DNA from: Malacoraja senta
Taxonomy: Eukaryota
Reading direction: 5' to 3'
Assembly (NCBI GenBank): GCA_038087875.1
Contig: CM075994.1
Coordinates: 3,536,001-3,600,000, forward strand
Length of the DNA stretch: 64,000 nucleotides
Below are positions 36,611 to 49,895 of the stretch, in pieces (positions within the stretch are counted from its first letter, which is position 1; every line of letters starts with the position of its first letter). The position numbers and the translations under genes were made by a program. The notes under the pieces are model-generated. The model made no database searches, was not told the origin of the DNA, and saw nothing but the letters and a program-made list of their open reading frames with translations.

Positions 36611-38889
36611 AGGGGTCCCAGGATAAGAGGGGTGGAGGGGGATGTACAAGAGAGAGAAAGAGGGGGGGAAGGGGCAGAGGAAGTGGGGAGGAAGGAAGGT
36701 CAGCGCTCCTCGGACAACATCGCCCCGCTGCCTTGGCCGTCCCTGTCCAATGCCAAAGTGCCGCCGCCTCCTCCCCTGCTCCGCCAGCCGACAGCAAGGT
36801 GCGGGGCTGAGCGATGCAGCTCTTAGATCCTATAGCTGTAGGATCTTTGGTGCAGCTGCTTCAGACGGCGGAAGGAGACCTCCCTCTCCCTCCCTCCCTC
36901 CCGGCCTCGGCATGCGAGAGGGGTTGGTTTGAAAGCACCGTTAGCGGAGTTGCAAGCAGCGAACGTTATCACGGCGATAGGAGCCGCTGATGGCAAATCC
37001 GCAAAAGGCGCTTTGAAAACACCCCCTCCCACACACCGAGGCCAGGAGGAGGGGGAGGGGAGAGGGGGGCCTCCTTCCGCCGGGCTGGGTGCGGGAGGAG
37101 GAGGCGGTGGAGCCGCTGTCGCGGCCGCTGTTTAGGGGCCCGTCATTTGCCCCGACCCTTCGTCACCACGCACCTAGTATCTTTCATCCGCAATCAAAGA
37201 TCCTAGAAGAACACAGTCGCTGACCCGAAACGTCAGTTCCTATTCGCCGGAGATGCTGCCTGACCCGCGGTGTTACTCCAGTTTTTTGCGTCTACCGGTA
37301 TAAACCAGTATTTGGGTGCCAAGCCAGGCAAAATGAGTCGGCGTTTAGGTTGCCCGGGGGCACTTTCTGTGGTCAATGGCACCCGGGCAACCGCTAATTT
37401 CGAGCCCTGAATAATGTCCTTCCTCAAATTAGGAGACCAAAATTGCACACAATATTCCAGGTGTGGTCTCACCAGGACCCGGTACAACTGCAGTAGGACT
37501 TCCTTGCTCCTAAACTCACATCCTCCTGCAATGAAGGCCAACATGCCATTAGCTTTCTTCACTGCCTGCTGTACCTGCTTGCTTATTTTCAGTGACTGAT
37601 GTACAAGCACACCCAGATCTCCTTGCACCTCCTTTTTACTAATCTGGCAACATTCAGATAAACTGCCTTCTTGTCATTGCCACAAATGTGGATAACCTCA
37701 CATTTATCCACATTTATACTGCATCTGCCATGCATCTGCCCACTCACCCAAACTACCTTGCACCCTCATTGCATCCTCCTCGCAGCTCACACTGCTACCC
37801 ATCTTTGTGTCATCCGCAAACGTGGTGATGTTACATTTAATTCCTTTGTCTAAATTGTTCATAAATATTGTAAATCACTGGGGTTCCAGCAACGAGCCTT
37901 GCTAGTCACTACTAGTCCTACCCGTCACTGCTCTCCAAATGCACTGCTATTACAAGCTTGTTCAAGACCAATAGTTTTCCTCATTCACCAGTACCCTGCA
38001 ACACTCGACAAGAAGCCTGGTGGGTCCCACATTGGCTACAGAAACAAGAGTTCAAAGAAGTTCAAGATGAGTTTATGCACATAAAAAGCAATTTTTTTGA
38101 CATTATTATCAGAATTAGCAATCTCTTAAACAAGTATGGATTACTTAGGAAATGACAGTACTGACTTGTTAAAAGCAAATTGTGTCCATCTGACGTGATT
38201 TTTTTTAGTGGAAGTAACAGAGTTGATTGGGGAATGTTGACTTCCTCAGGCATTTGATAAGCAGAAATAAGTCTGATCATGTAGATTAAATTCATGGTAT
38301 TTAACAAACTATAGCCAAGTGGAAGAAGGTTGAATATTATAAAACAGTAGTATAAAAGACAGTTTATCCACAAGAATGAAGGAAAGCAGAGAGTGGAGGT
38401 TGTCCTGGTGGTGGCGGTGGGATGTTTTCAAGATTAGAGGCTTGTGAGCAGCGGGATTGGTGCTGCGAAATTAGCTGTTTGTCATAGGTATTAATGAGTT
38501 TGAATATTAGTGAAGAAGGTGTCTAATGGTATAAGAGGAGAAAGGTCAACTTAGAAATTGGGTATGGCAGATGGAATTTAACTAGGACAATTGTAAAGTG
38601 GGAAATTCAACCAGGGCAGGATGTAGATGGCAACGGCTGGCACCTGGGGAGTGTGGCTAGATTGGCATGATGGTTCACAGACAGGGTCAAAGTGTGTCTG
38701 CTTCTGTACTGCACAACACTGACTCTTACAAAGTGAATGGCAAACGAACCACAACAGGAACACAAAGACATATTTTAAAAGAAAGCAAGTGTCTAGGTTG
38801 AAGTGTCAGGGCCAAAATGAAAGCAGATTTAATAGCAAATTTCTGAAAGGAAGGAATTTGCAAAACTCTGGGTTAGAGAGTCAGACAAT

Positions 38890-39023
38890 GTGTCTGAAGA
38901 AGGGTCTCGACCCCGAAAAACGTTGCCCATTCCTTCTCTCCAGAGATGCTGCCTCACCCGTTGAGTTACTCCAGCATTTTGTACCTCCGATTTAAACCAG
39001 CATCTGCAGTTCTTTCTTACACA
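38890..39023 (+). mobile_element. Short Penelope-associated repeat fragment
   Basis: gtctgaagaagggtctcgaccccgaaa...gagttactccagcattttg...aaaccagcatctgcagttctttcttacac. Confidence 0.7.
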
Positions 39024-39199
39024 GGAAATTGGACTAGTTTGATTACTCTTGGCTAATTCAAATAGCCTCCTAAACAGATAATTTAGATAAACAGATAACA
39101 ATATACTGTACTCAACCCCATTTTACTAGCCCTGTTCACAATAGGAGCCTCTCTCCAGTCAACTTCTGAGTTACCAAACTTCTGAATTCTCTGGGGTGG

Positions 39200-39552
39200 A
39201 ACCCTCTCCAAGATAGACGTGAAGCTCACCGTTTCACCTGTTTTTACAAAATGTTAAATGGTCAGCTCGACATAGATTACAAGACCAACACCAAACCAAT
39301 TAGGAGCAGACGAGGGCATTCGATCCAATTTGAGATTCCAGCTACCAAGACAGATGTGTACAGCAATTCGTTCTTCACCCGCACAATTAAAGCATGGAAT
39401 AATCTCCACCCTACTATAGTTACCCAACCAGATGCAACTAAATTTAAGGTAGCTCTTTCTTCCCCAAAACCCTTTCTGGCTTCACCCCACCCCCCACCAC
39501 CTCCAGTTTAAATTCCATTTGGAATATTTTGGAGGACCAAGAAACCAAGAAC
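39200..39552 (+). mobile_element. CR1/L2-superfamily LINE 3' end, a different family from the dominant CR1
   Basis: Encodes RLTCFYKMLNG...RSRRGHS...YSNSFFTRTIKAWNNL, a typical ORF2 terminus. Ends in a ccaagaaaccaagaa tail. Confidence 0.75.
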
Positions 39553-39605
39553 TATACTCTCAGTTTCAAGGCCACTGAAACGAACCATCAGGATGACCTG
39601 AGCTC

Positions 39606-39805
39606 NNNNNNNNNNNNNNNNNNNNNNNNNNNNNNNNNNNNNNNNNNNNNNNNNNNNNNNNNNNNNNNNNNNNNNNNNNNNNNNNNNNNNNNNNNNNNNN
39701 NNNNNNNNNNNNNNNNNNNNNNNNNNNNNNNNNNNNNNNNNNNNNNNNNNNNNNNNNNNNNNNNNNNNNNNNNNNNNNNNNNNNNNNNNNNNNNNNNNNN
39801 NNNNN
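39606..39805. other. Assembly gap (200 N)
   Basis: Run of N bases. Confidence 1.
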
Positions 39806-41427
39806 ATTTATTATAAAGCACCTGTCAAATCATTTTCAGGAGAATAATTATCAAAAAGAAACAAAAACACATTTGGACAGGTGTTTATTATATTTTATTG
39901 TTATTGTGTTGCTTGTTTAACCAGTACATGGACAGGTAAGGTTTAGCGGGATATGGGCCAAACAGGGACAGGTGGGACTAGTGTAGATAGAGCATCTTGG
40001 TCGGCATGAGCAAGTTGGGCCGAAGGGCTTGTTTCCGTGCTGTATGACCATGATTCTAATTAATTTACTTTGCTTTTAAGCATAGTATCTGGAACATCAC
40101 CAGACATTATTTACCTTGGTCTTAAGTACGATATCCAGAACATCACCCATGCTTCTCAGCTGCGAAAATAGCCATCAGTTCCATTATTACTCCAAACTTG
40201 ATATTTCACTGAAAACTCTACTCAGCCATATGTCATGCTTGAGCATGAACACTGTACAGTCCATATTATAACTTGTACTTAATCTATCTCCTCTGCATTC
40301 AGCAGCTTCAACTGGCTCCCAAGTCACGACTATCTTGATTTAAAATTCTAGCTTTTCAAATTTTAGTCAAGGCTGATACCACTTATGGAGACTAAAATTA
40401 AGTTAGCAGACCTGTTGGACCTTCCGGTTTCTACCATTTTAACTTCCCTTCCATACAGACCTCTCTCTACTGGGCCTCTTCCATTTCCACAGTGAGGCTA
40501 CAAATAAACTGGAGGTACAGCACCTCATATTCTACTTGGGTAGCCTAGAACCCAATGGTACAAACATTGAATTCTCCAATTTTAGCACAGGCAGAACGTA
40601 CAAAACTCCGTACAGTCGGCACCCATAGTCATGATCGAACCTGGGTCTCTGGCGCTGTAAGGCCGCAATTCCACCACTGTGCGGCCCTAATTGCAGGTAT
40701 GCACTTAACTTACCAAACTAACTAATTATCAGGAAAGATAGAAATAAAAATTCACTTTGAAATTCACAATGGAAAATAAAAACTGCCAATTCCTCCCATT
40801 GAGCACTAAAAGTCTTTGGACCTTGCACGTTTGCCATCTGTCAAGTGTGATGTCCCTGCCCGATTTGGTTGACCAGTCTTTTTTTTATTTCAGATTTCTA
40901 TAATCTGTCATATTTTGCTTTTAACAACCTTAAGCCTTAATTGTAATCTCAGGAATAACCCAGTGAATTGCCCTATTGTGTCAGTGATGACCACCCACAC
41001 TAAAAATGAGCAGAAACAAAATTGCACTGTCCTCTCCTCATTTTCCAAGCTGGAGTCCATCTCGCATATCTGACCAACCATTCTTCATGAAGCAGTCACA
41101 CACACACTCAAGGTTACAGCCTAATGAGTAGGAAGCACAGCAAATTATTCTGAAATCTGTTAAAGCAGACAACAGTTCAACGAGTACATGTTGCTGGAAA
41201 GGTGCAGCAAGCGGCAGAATTAACTATAACAGACTTCGTCCTCGTCTTTACTTCGAAAAATCTAATAGTAGGCAGCACGCTACCATAGAAGTTGATCGCA
41301 AATCCCTGCATAGATCGTAAGCCCCAACGTACATACCATCACGTGAGACTGTGCATTAATAAATCTGACAAAGATACTACTGAATACCTTTACAGGTCAG
41401 TTTTAAAGATCAACTCGGACGCAACAC

Positions 41428-41748
41428 GCTCAGGATGAATACTGATTGTTTATTGTAAATCGCATTACAGAAAATCCAAATGCTTCAGATTTAATTTTTT
41501 CACATTTACGCGAGTCATTTCTGCTGAACGCAATAAGAAACCCAGAAAAAAATTAAAACAAAAAGATTTTTTAAAATAACGCTCACAATTTGGTGAGTAG
41601 TTGAGTCAGCAGCTAATTAACACCAATATTTTAAGAGTTAGTGTCACACTAACATTTGTCCACGCTAAAACCAACAAGCAAAAGATATGACCCGAGTTTC
41701 TGCACGTACCAAGGGGACCCGCGGCTCTCGTCACGATGCAAAGCAAAC
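41428..41748 (-). other. RBM4: Candidate RBM4 3'UTR exon, copy 2
   Basis: Same acceptor as copy 1, with AATAAA at 41449-41454. Confidence 0.5.
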
Positions 41749-44700
41749 CTGCGAAAGAAGGGACAGTGCAGATTGATTAAAAACAGGCCTTTGAATTCTC
41801 CGCCACACAGGTGCATACCACTGAGAATATGTTACTAAGAACAGACAATAGGTGCAGAGTAGGCATTCGGCCCTTCGAGCCAGCACCGCCATTTAATGTG
41901 ATCATGGCTGATCATCCCCAATCAGTACCCCGTTCCTGCATTCTCCCCCATAATACCCAGACTCTGCTATCTTTAAGAGCCCTATCTAGCTCTTGAAAGT
42001 ATCCAGAGAAACGACCTCCACCGCCCTCTGAGGCAGAGAATTCCACACTCACAACTCTGTGAGAAAAGTTTCCTCGTCTTCCGTTCTAAATGTCCAAACC
42101 CTTAATAATCTTATATGTTTCAATAAGACCCCCTCTCGTCACTCTAAACTCCAGAGTATACAAGCCCAGCCGCTCCATTCTCTCACCATAGACAGTCCCG
42201 CCATCCCGGGAATTAACCTTGTAAACCTATGCTGCACTCCCTCAATGGCAAGAATGTCTTCCTCAAATTAGGGGGCCAACACTGCACACAATACTCCAGG
42301 TGTGGTCTCACTAGGGCCCTATACACTGCAGAAGGTCCTCGTTGCTCCTATACTCAACTCCTCTTGTTATAAAGGCCAACATGCCATTCGCTTTCTTCAC
42401 TGCCTGGTGTTCCTGCATGCGAACTTTCATTGACTGATGAACAAGGACCCTCAGATCCCGTTGTACTTCCCCTTTTCCCAACTTGACACCATTTAGATAG
42501 TAATCTGCCTTCCTGTTTTTTGCTACCAAAGTGGATAACCTCACATTTATCCACATTAAACTGCATCTGCCATGCATCTGCCCACTCATCCAACCTGTCC
42601 AAGCAACATTTCAATTTGCTTTCTCACGGCTGGATAAAAGTTACTGTAGTGACTATGGCTAGAAGAAAGCAAGTTTAGATGTCACTTTGGGAACTAACTG
42701 AGTTTAGTGTTTTTTTAAGTTTTTAGATACAGAGCGGACCCGAGTCCGAGCCGACCAGTGATTCCCGCATATTAACACAATCCCACACACACTAGGGATA
42801 ATTTACACTTATACCAAGTATACAACTCAAGCCAATCTTTGGAGCGTGGGAGGAAACCAAAGATCCCGGAGAAAACCAACGCAGTCACAGGGAGAACACA
42901 CAAACTCCTTTCTCATGGCATCCTCCTCACAGTTCGCACTGCCACCCAGCTTTGTGTCATCTGCAAATTTGCTAATGTTACTGTGAATCACTTCATCTAA
43001 ATCATTGATGTATATTGTAAATAGCTGCGGTCCCAGCACCGCCTTGCGGTACCCCACTAGTTACTGCCTGCCATTCAGAAAGGGACACATTAATCCCTAC
43101 TCTGTTTCCTGTCTGCCAACCAATTTTCTATCCATGTCAGCACTCTAACCCCAATACCATGTGCCCTAATTTTGCCCACTAATCCCCTATGTGGGACCTT
43201 ATCAAATGCTTATCAATAATCCTGATCTCGACCTGCCAACAAGTCTAGTCTGAACCTTGTTGTACCCAAGCAGCGACTGCAACCACATCTTGCAACCACA
43301 ACGTTAGCGACATTCAATCAGTTGCACCGTACACATGGCCAGGAAGCAATCCGAATACCTGCTATCCAAGACTCAAGACCTGCGTAGCACATCAACGACC
43401 ATCCCTCCCAGTGTCCGGAAAAGGGACATCCCTTGCTATTAATAGAGCAACACGCCTCACTATTTGGATCTTTGACTTAACGGTTCAGTAAATAGCAAAA
43501 AAGGATTATGACAACAAATATACTTTTTTTTACAAAACTTAACCGAGGCTAGTGGGTGCATTGTCATATGTCTGCACAACAAAAGACAATATTGAATCTC
43601 CCAATTTCAGGTTATTAAAAACTGGATACAAGTACACCAGATACCCAAAGGAAAAAATATGCAGCCACTCTAGCAGGATTTATTTATCTAGCAAATAAAA
43701 ATGACTTTACAACGAAGGTAGAGGCCGATCGGTGTGGATTTAGCAGATTTTTGGAGGTACCAGTTGCACTTCAAATTTTTTGCACTACTGAAGTGACACT
43801 ACTTCTACACACTCAAATTTGGAGTAACTGTAACATCATCTATGGAATTGTGAAATTAAAGTCCACTTAGTCAGCAGAGAGGGTACCTGAAACCTCACAG
43901 TACTGTATGGAAAAAAAGTGAACACTTATTCTGTTACCTGGTACAAGTGACCTCTGGGATACATTTCTTGTCCAAGCCCACAGACTCTTAGCCAAACAAT
44001 TAGCCACTGAATACAAAGAATGGAAGTACTGACAATATGCTGAATGGATTGAACAGTAGCAACATCTGTCAGATACACCTTCCAGGGCTTATTCTTTGAT
44101 GCCATCACCACCTTTGTACTAGGTAACAAACTGGGACAACATATTAGTGTGTATCCCATGTAGCTCAATGAATGCAAATTGACTATTGATTTCCTGATCA
44201 GCTTCTCATACAAGTCTAAAAGTATATGTCCATACAAAATGTGACTACAGCATGCATCCAACTGCCTCTCTATAATGAATAAAACTTAATAGGAAACGCT
44301 AGATTGAAATGGTGGGACAAAGGTGTCACCTTTCTCAGAAGGGTACTTACATTATGACTAGATAGGAACGACCACAAAATAATTCACAAAAATTACAAAT
44401 ACCATTTCAAATTTCCAGAAAACTGTGTTTGTGTCTTGATCTTTATTAACTCTGGTCCTAATGATTGTGATGCACTCAATTTATTGATAGTTAAGATTCT
44501 TTTGCTTCATTGAGATGCAGTTATCTGCCCTTGTGTTTCACTGCAAGAAACTGCCTGGGAAAACAGTTGACATATACTTCATTACCTTACCCAACCCGCA
44601 CCAAAGGTTTCCTTTGCTTCTCTCTTTAATATTCTCACGACTGACCAACTAGTTTATTGCAGCATGGAAATGGAGAGATATGGGAAGTGTCAGATTCAAT

Positions 44701-45666
44701 GCTGCGAGTTAACCTCACCCCGAGGAAAATCAGGCATGATATAACTGAGCTTGGAACATATCTGCTAGTGATGGAAGAAAAATAATTAAACAATACACCC
44801 AATCATATTCCCGAACCATTGGAATGAGAGTTTCAGTATATTTATTGGTTTTCTTGTGCAATCCTTCACAGGAGTCAAACGGTTCCGCAAATTGCACTGA
44901 TCTAGATTAGTGACACAGAGTACTGTTTAATTAAAGCTCAATGGGCTTTGCCAAAGACACGCAAAATGCTCTGTTCCTATCCCAGACCCTAACTTCTGTT
45001 TGGCCTCCCCGCTACTGCTTCTCTTGCGCACTCTCCAACTTTTACTCGGTTTATATCAGGCTAGATCCTCTCCTCCTGTCAATACCTTCTCTCCCACAGT
45101 TCAGTTCTAAAACAGACCTCACCCCATCAGTCTACCACTACCAGATTTTTGTCACATACTCTTACACGTTCTAACCTAATAGCATCCTACACAATGAGGC
45201 AATGTGCTTAACATTTTCTTGTCAAGATAAAAAATAAAACTTGGTGCATGGATTTGGCACCGGACAAAAAAAAAAAAGCTCACTGTGGCTATATGGATTA
45301 CTAGCCTTCCAGAATGTATTTGGCATCAAATATCTGTTAATTCATGTAGTGCCTACCAGTGCCAAGTATAACCAATCAGATCTGCACTTTTAAATGCAGA
45401 ATCACAGGCCAGCAGTGGGAAGACAATAATATTACAGCAAATTAAGGCCCAGAAACATTTCTGTGGGCATATGGGAACTGAAGGCTCGGTCCTTGATAGG
45501 AAAAAAAAGTGAGGATTCCACACCAGGCCAGCCAAAACCATAACCGTGCAGACTTGTCAACAATCCATGCACAATGATGGCAGCCTTTGCATCGGTCATA
45601 ATATGTAAACCTAGAGTCCGTGGCCCACCAGCATGGTGACTGTGTCAACCGATGCTTTGTAATTCA

Positions 45667-47362
45667 CATAGAAACATAGAAAGTAGGCCATTCGGCCCTT
45701 TAAGCCTGCACCGCCTTCGAGCCTGCACCGCCATTCAATATGATCATGGCTGATCATCCAACTCAGTATACTGTAACTGCCTCCTCTCCATACCCCCTGA
45801 TCCCTTTAGCCACAAGGGCCACATCTAACTCCCTCTTAAATATAGCCAATGAATTGGCCTCAACTACCTTCTGTGGCAGAGAATTCCAGATTCACCACCC
45901 TGTGTATAAAAATGATTTTCTCATCTCGGTCCTAAAAGACTTCCCTCTTATCCTTAAACTGTGACCCCCTAGTTCTGGACTTCCCCAACATCGGGAATAA
46001 TCTTCCTGCATCTAGCCTGTCCAACCCCTTAAGAATTTTGTAAGTTTCTATAAGATCTTCTAAATTCTAGCGTGTACAAGCCAAGTCTATCCAGTTTTTC
46101 TTCATATGAAAGTCCTGCCATCCCAGGAATCAGTTTGGTGAACCTTCCATGTACTCACTCTATGGCAAGAATGTCTTTCCTCAGATTAGGAGATCAAAAC
46201 TGTATGCAATACTCCAGGTGTGGTCTCACCAAGACCCTGTAGAACTGCAGTAGAACCTCCCTGCTCTTATACTCAAATCCTTTTGCTATGAATGTTAACA
46301 TACCATTCGCTTTCTACACTGCCTGCTGCACCTGCATGCCTACTTTCAATGACTGGTGTACCATGACACCCAGGTCTCGTTGCATCTCCTTTTCCTAATC
46401 GGCCACCATTCAGATAATAGTCTACTTTCCTGTTTTTGCCACCAAAGTGGATAACCTCACATTTATCCACATTATGCTGCATCTGCCATGCATTTGCCCA
46501 CTCACCCAACCTATCCAAGTCACCTTGCAGCCTCCTAGCATCCTCCTCACAGCTAACACTGCCCCCCAGCTTCGTGTCATCCGCAAACTTGGAGATGTTG
46601 CATTCAATTCCCTCATCCAGATCATTAATATATATTGTAAATAGCTGGGGTCCCAGCACTGAACCTTGCGGTACCCCACTAGTCACTGCCTGCCATTCTG
46701 AAAAGGACCCGTTTACTCCTACTCTTTGCTTCCTGTTTGCCAGCCAGTTCTCTATCCACATCAATACTGAACCCCCAATACCATGTGCTTTAAGTTTGCA
46801 TACTAATCTCTTATGTTGGACCTTGTCGAAAGCCTTCTGAAAGTCCAGATATAACACATCTACTGGTTCTCCCTTATCCACTCTACTAGTTACATCCTCG
46901 AAAAATTCTATAAGATTCATCAGACATGATTTACCTTTCATAAATCCATGCTGACTTTGTCCAAGAAATTCACCACTTTCCAAATGTGCTGCTATCCCAT
47001 CTTTAATAACTGACTAGCATTTTCCGCACTACCGATGTTAGTAGACTGCTCTGTAATTCCCCGTTTTCTCTCTCCCTCCCTTTTAAAAAGTGGGGTTACA
47101 TTAGCTACCCTCCAATCCTCAGGAACTACTCCAGAATCTAAAGAGTTTTGAAAAATTATCACTAATGCATCCACTATTTCTGGGGCTACTTCCTTAAGTA
47201 CTCTGGGATGCAACTTATCGGGCCCTGGGGATTTATCGGCCATTAATCCATTCAATTTACCTAACACCACTTCCCGGCTAACCTGGATTTCACTCAGTTC
47301 CTCCATCTCATTTGACCCTCGGTCCCCTGCTATTTCCGGCAGATTATTTATGTCTTCCTTAG
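45667..47362 (-). mobile_element. CR1 LINE with RT segment (copy 2 of 17350-19045)
   Basis: ORFs 46273..46983 and 46992..47306 (KSPGPDKLHPRVLKE, VPEDWRVANVTPLFK). Confidence 0.93.
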
Positions 47363-47948
47363 TTCCTCACGTTCATAGAGTACCATAGGAGGCTGACGTT
47401 CCAGAGCTTTATAAAACATAGGAGCAGAATTAGGCCATTCAGCTTATCACGTCTACGCCACCATTCAATCATGGCGAACCTCTTTCCCTCTCAATCCCAT
47501 TCACCTTTTTTCCCGCCGTAACCTTTGACACTAACTAATCAAGAACCTGTCAATCTCCACTTTAAAATTCATTAAAAGACTTGGCCTCCACAGCCATCAT
47601 TGGCAATGAATTCCAAGATTCACCACCGACAGGCTAAGAAATTCCACCCAATCTTTCTAACGTGCTTTTATTTTAAGGCTGTGCTCGCTGGTCCCAGAAT
47701 CTCTCACTGGTGGAAACATCCTTACTGCATCCACTCTATCCAGGCCTTTCATTATTCGGTAGTTTTCCATGCCATCCCCTCTCATCTGCTGAACTCTAGC
47801 AAGTACAGGCTCTGAGCCACCAAACGTTCATCATACATAAACACATTCATCCCCAGCATCATTCTCGTAAACCTCCTCGGGACCCTCCCCAACACCAGCC
47901 AATGACAATACAAATGCATTCCCAATGTTAAACAATCCTCACCTTAAG

Positions 47949-48646
47949 TTAGTATGTGGGGTACTGAGCACGAGGGTACTGGGCGGCAGCAGCAGCAGAG
48001 TACTGCGCGGCAGAGTACTGAGCAGCAGAGTATTGAGCAGCAGAATACTGCGCGGCAGTGTACTGTGCTGCTGAGTACGGAGCTGCAGAGTACTGAGCGG
48101 GAGCGTACGCATCCCTCGCGGCAGTATTTGTATGGTCATACGCAGATGGAGAAAGCCCACCGCGCTCGAACCCATATCCACTGCCCACAGCAGACATGGA
48201 CGCTTGCCGTCGTATAGGGCTCCTGTCGCGACCGTAATAGGTAGAGGGAGTCGACAATGGCCGCCGCTCGTATAGGTTTACCGCACCGGGGATACGTTCT
48301 CGCAGGGAAGTGCCAAGTGCCGGATATTGTGCTGTTTGTCCATAAGGATCTCCGACTGCTCCATATGATCCTGCCCGATAATTCTCGTAGTAGTCGGCGG
48401 CCCCGTATCGCTCATCGTATAGAGGGCGGTCTCCATACCCAGCTATGGGGCGCGCGGTCATCGAAAAAGGATCTAGGTAATCGCGTGAGAAGTTGCCATC
48501 AAAACTGCTTTCGAGACCACCTTGATCTTTGGGACACTCTTTAGACCAGTGGCCTTCTTTACCACACCGGAAACAGCCGTTTTTTTCGCCCATCCCAGGT
48601 TGCATCCGCAGCCGACTCTTGGACAGTTCAACTTGCAGCCGTTTGC
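47949..48646 (-). CDS. RBM4: RBM4 last coding exon, copy 2
   Basis: Same translation and splice sites as 19632-20329 (offset 28317). Confidence 0.9.
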
Positions 48647-49895
48647 CTTTAAAAGGAGATGCAATACAATATCAGTATGAAGAACATTAACCAGATGCAC
48701 TGGCTGAAACATCAGCATCAATAAGGATCTTTGCTTTGCTTGTCATACAATACAAAGACATCACATCTTAACTAACACAGGACATAATCACTGTATATCT
48801 GAACCAGGCCTGGAAGTGCAAAGCTCATTTCTTGAGCAGTGATGACTTGGCTTTTTTTTAAAGCCACAGCTTATCCACAAGATTACTGGCTTCCGTGATA
48901 GCTCTCAGCTGTGGAATGCAAAAGTCATAATTAAAGTGTGGAAAACATACACTTGCTCATTGGGAAATAAAAAGTTGGAATATTTGATCCAAATACAATT
49001 ACGTTCAGTTGTCAATGAACAATGGGTGCCGAGTTAACTTTTTGCAAAACAGTCATGCACAAATAAAAAGTAACCCAATGCTCGTTACAAAGGATACAGA
49101 ATATGAAATCAGTTTCAGTAATGCAATTATAGAGTTAATTGGATTTAATGTAGCTCACTATTTTTTTGTTAACCACAATAAAGTTTATTACCAAGTAAGG
49201 AAACCTTCTGCCCAAGCTTCATTGTTGTTTACATAATTATTGTGGATTAGAAGGTAACCCAATAGAATATTGTTAGCAGTTTTAATAAATTTCACAGCAT
49301 TTTGGCTATTTAATATGAATTAGAGGTAGCAGTGGCACAGTTCGTGGAGCTGCCGCCTCCTAATGCTACAAACACAGGTTGAATCCCGACTTCAGATGCT
49401 GTTGGTGGGGGAAGATGCATTCTCCTTGTGTCTGCCTGGGTTTTCTCTGATTTCTCTGGCTTCCACCCACATCCCCAAGAATGGTTGGTAGATAGATTGG
49501 CTACAGTAAATTACCCATAGAGAGTAGGTGAGCGATAGTAAAAATAGTCATTAATCTAGGATTACTGTAACTGGGTGGGCCAAAGGTCCCATTTCTGAGC
49601 TACATGACTTCATAAACTCAATGTCTGGAAACAGCTGTGGAGTTGTTCACTTACTTCGCCAGGCAATTGCACCAAGAAACACATTACTTCACATTACTTC
49701 ACAGACAGGGGAAAATTGAAGGTGTACACATGGATTGTTTCTTTGCAGAAACAGTCATTCAGCAACTCAGGATAGGAAGGACCTGCAGATATTGGTTAAA
49801 ACCGAAGATAGACAAAAAATGCTGGAGTAACTCAGCCATTCCTTCTACCCAGAGATGCTGCCTGTCCTACTGAGTTACTCCACCATTTCATGTCT

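Larger units (their letters stand above)
34718..37409. mobile_element. Non-autonomous DNA transposon with CAGGGCTC termini and 5-bp TSD (hAT5-like)
   Basis: Left end CAGGGCTCTCGCTTAAC; right end reverse complement CAGGGCTCGAAATTAG. Subterminal gggcaacc/ggttgcc motifs. TSD AATAA at 34713-34717 and 37410-37414. Confidence 0.78.
34214..37910 (-). mobile_element. CR1 LINE fragment (34214-34717 plus 37410-37910) split by a DNA transposon
   Basis: The left part ends ccctcaatagcaataa and the right part resumes aataatgtccttcctcaaattagg. These are contiguous in the intact copy at 13921-13955. Confidence 0.88.

Noticed and set aside
36700..37200. CpG-rich block as the true RBM4 promoter or first exon
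   Set aside because: It has no RBM4 N-terminal coding sequence and lies inside a TIR/TSD-bounded transposon that itself interrupts a CR1.
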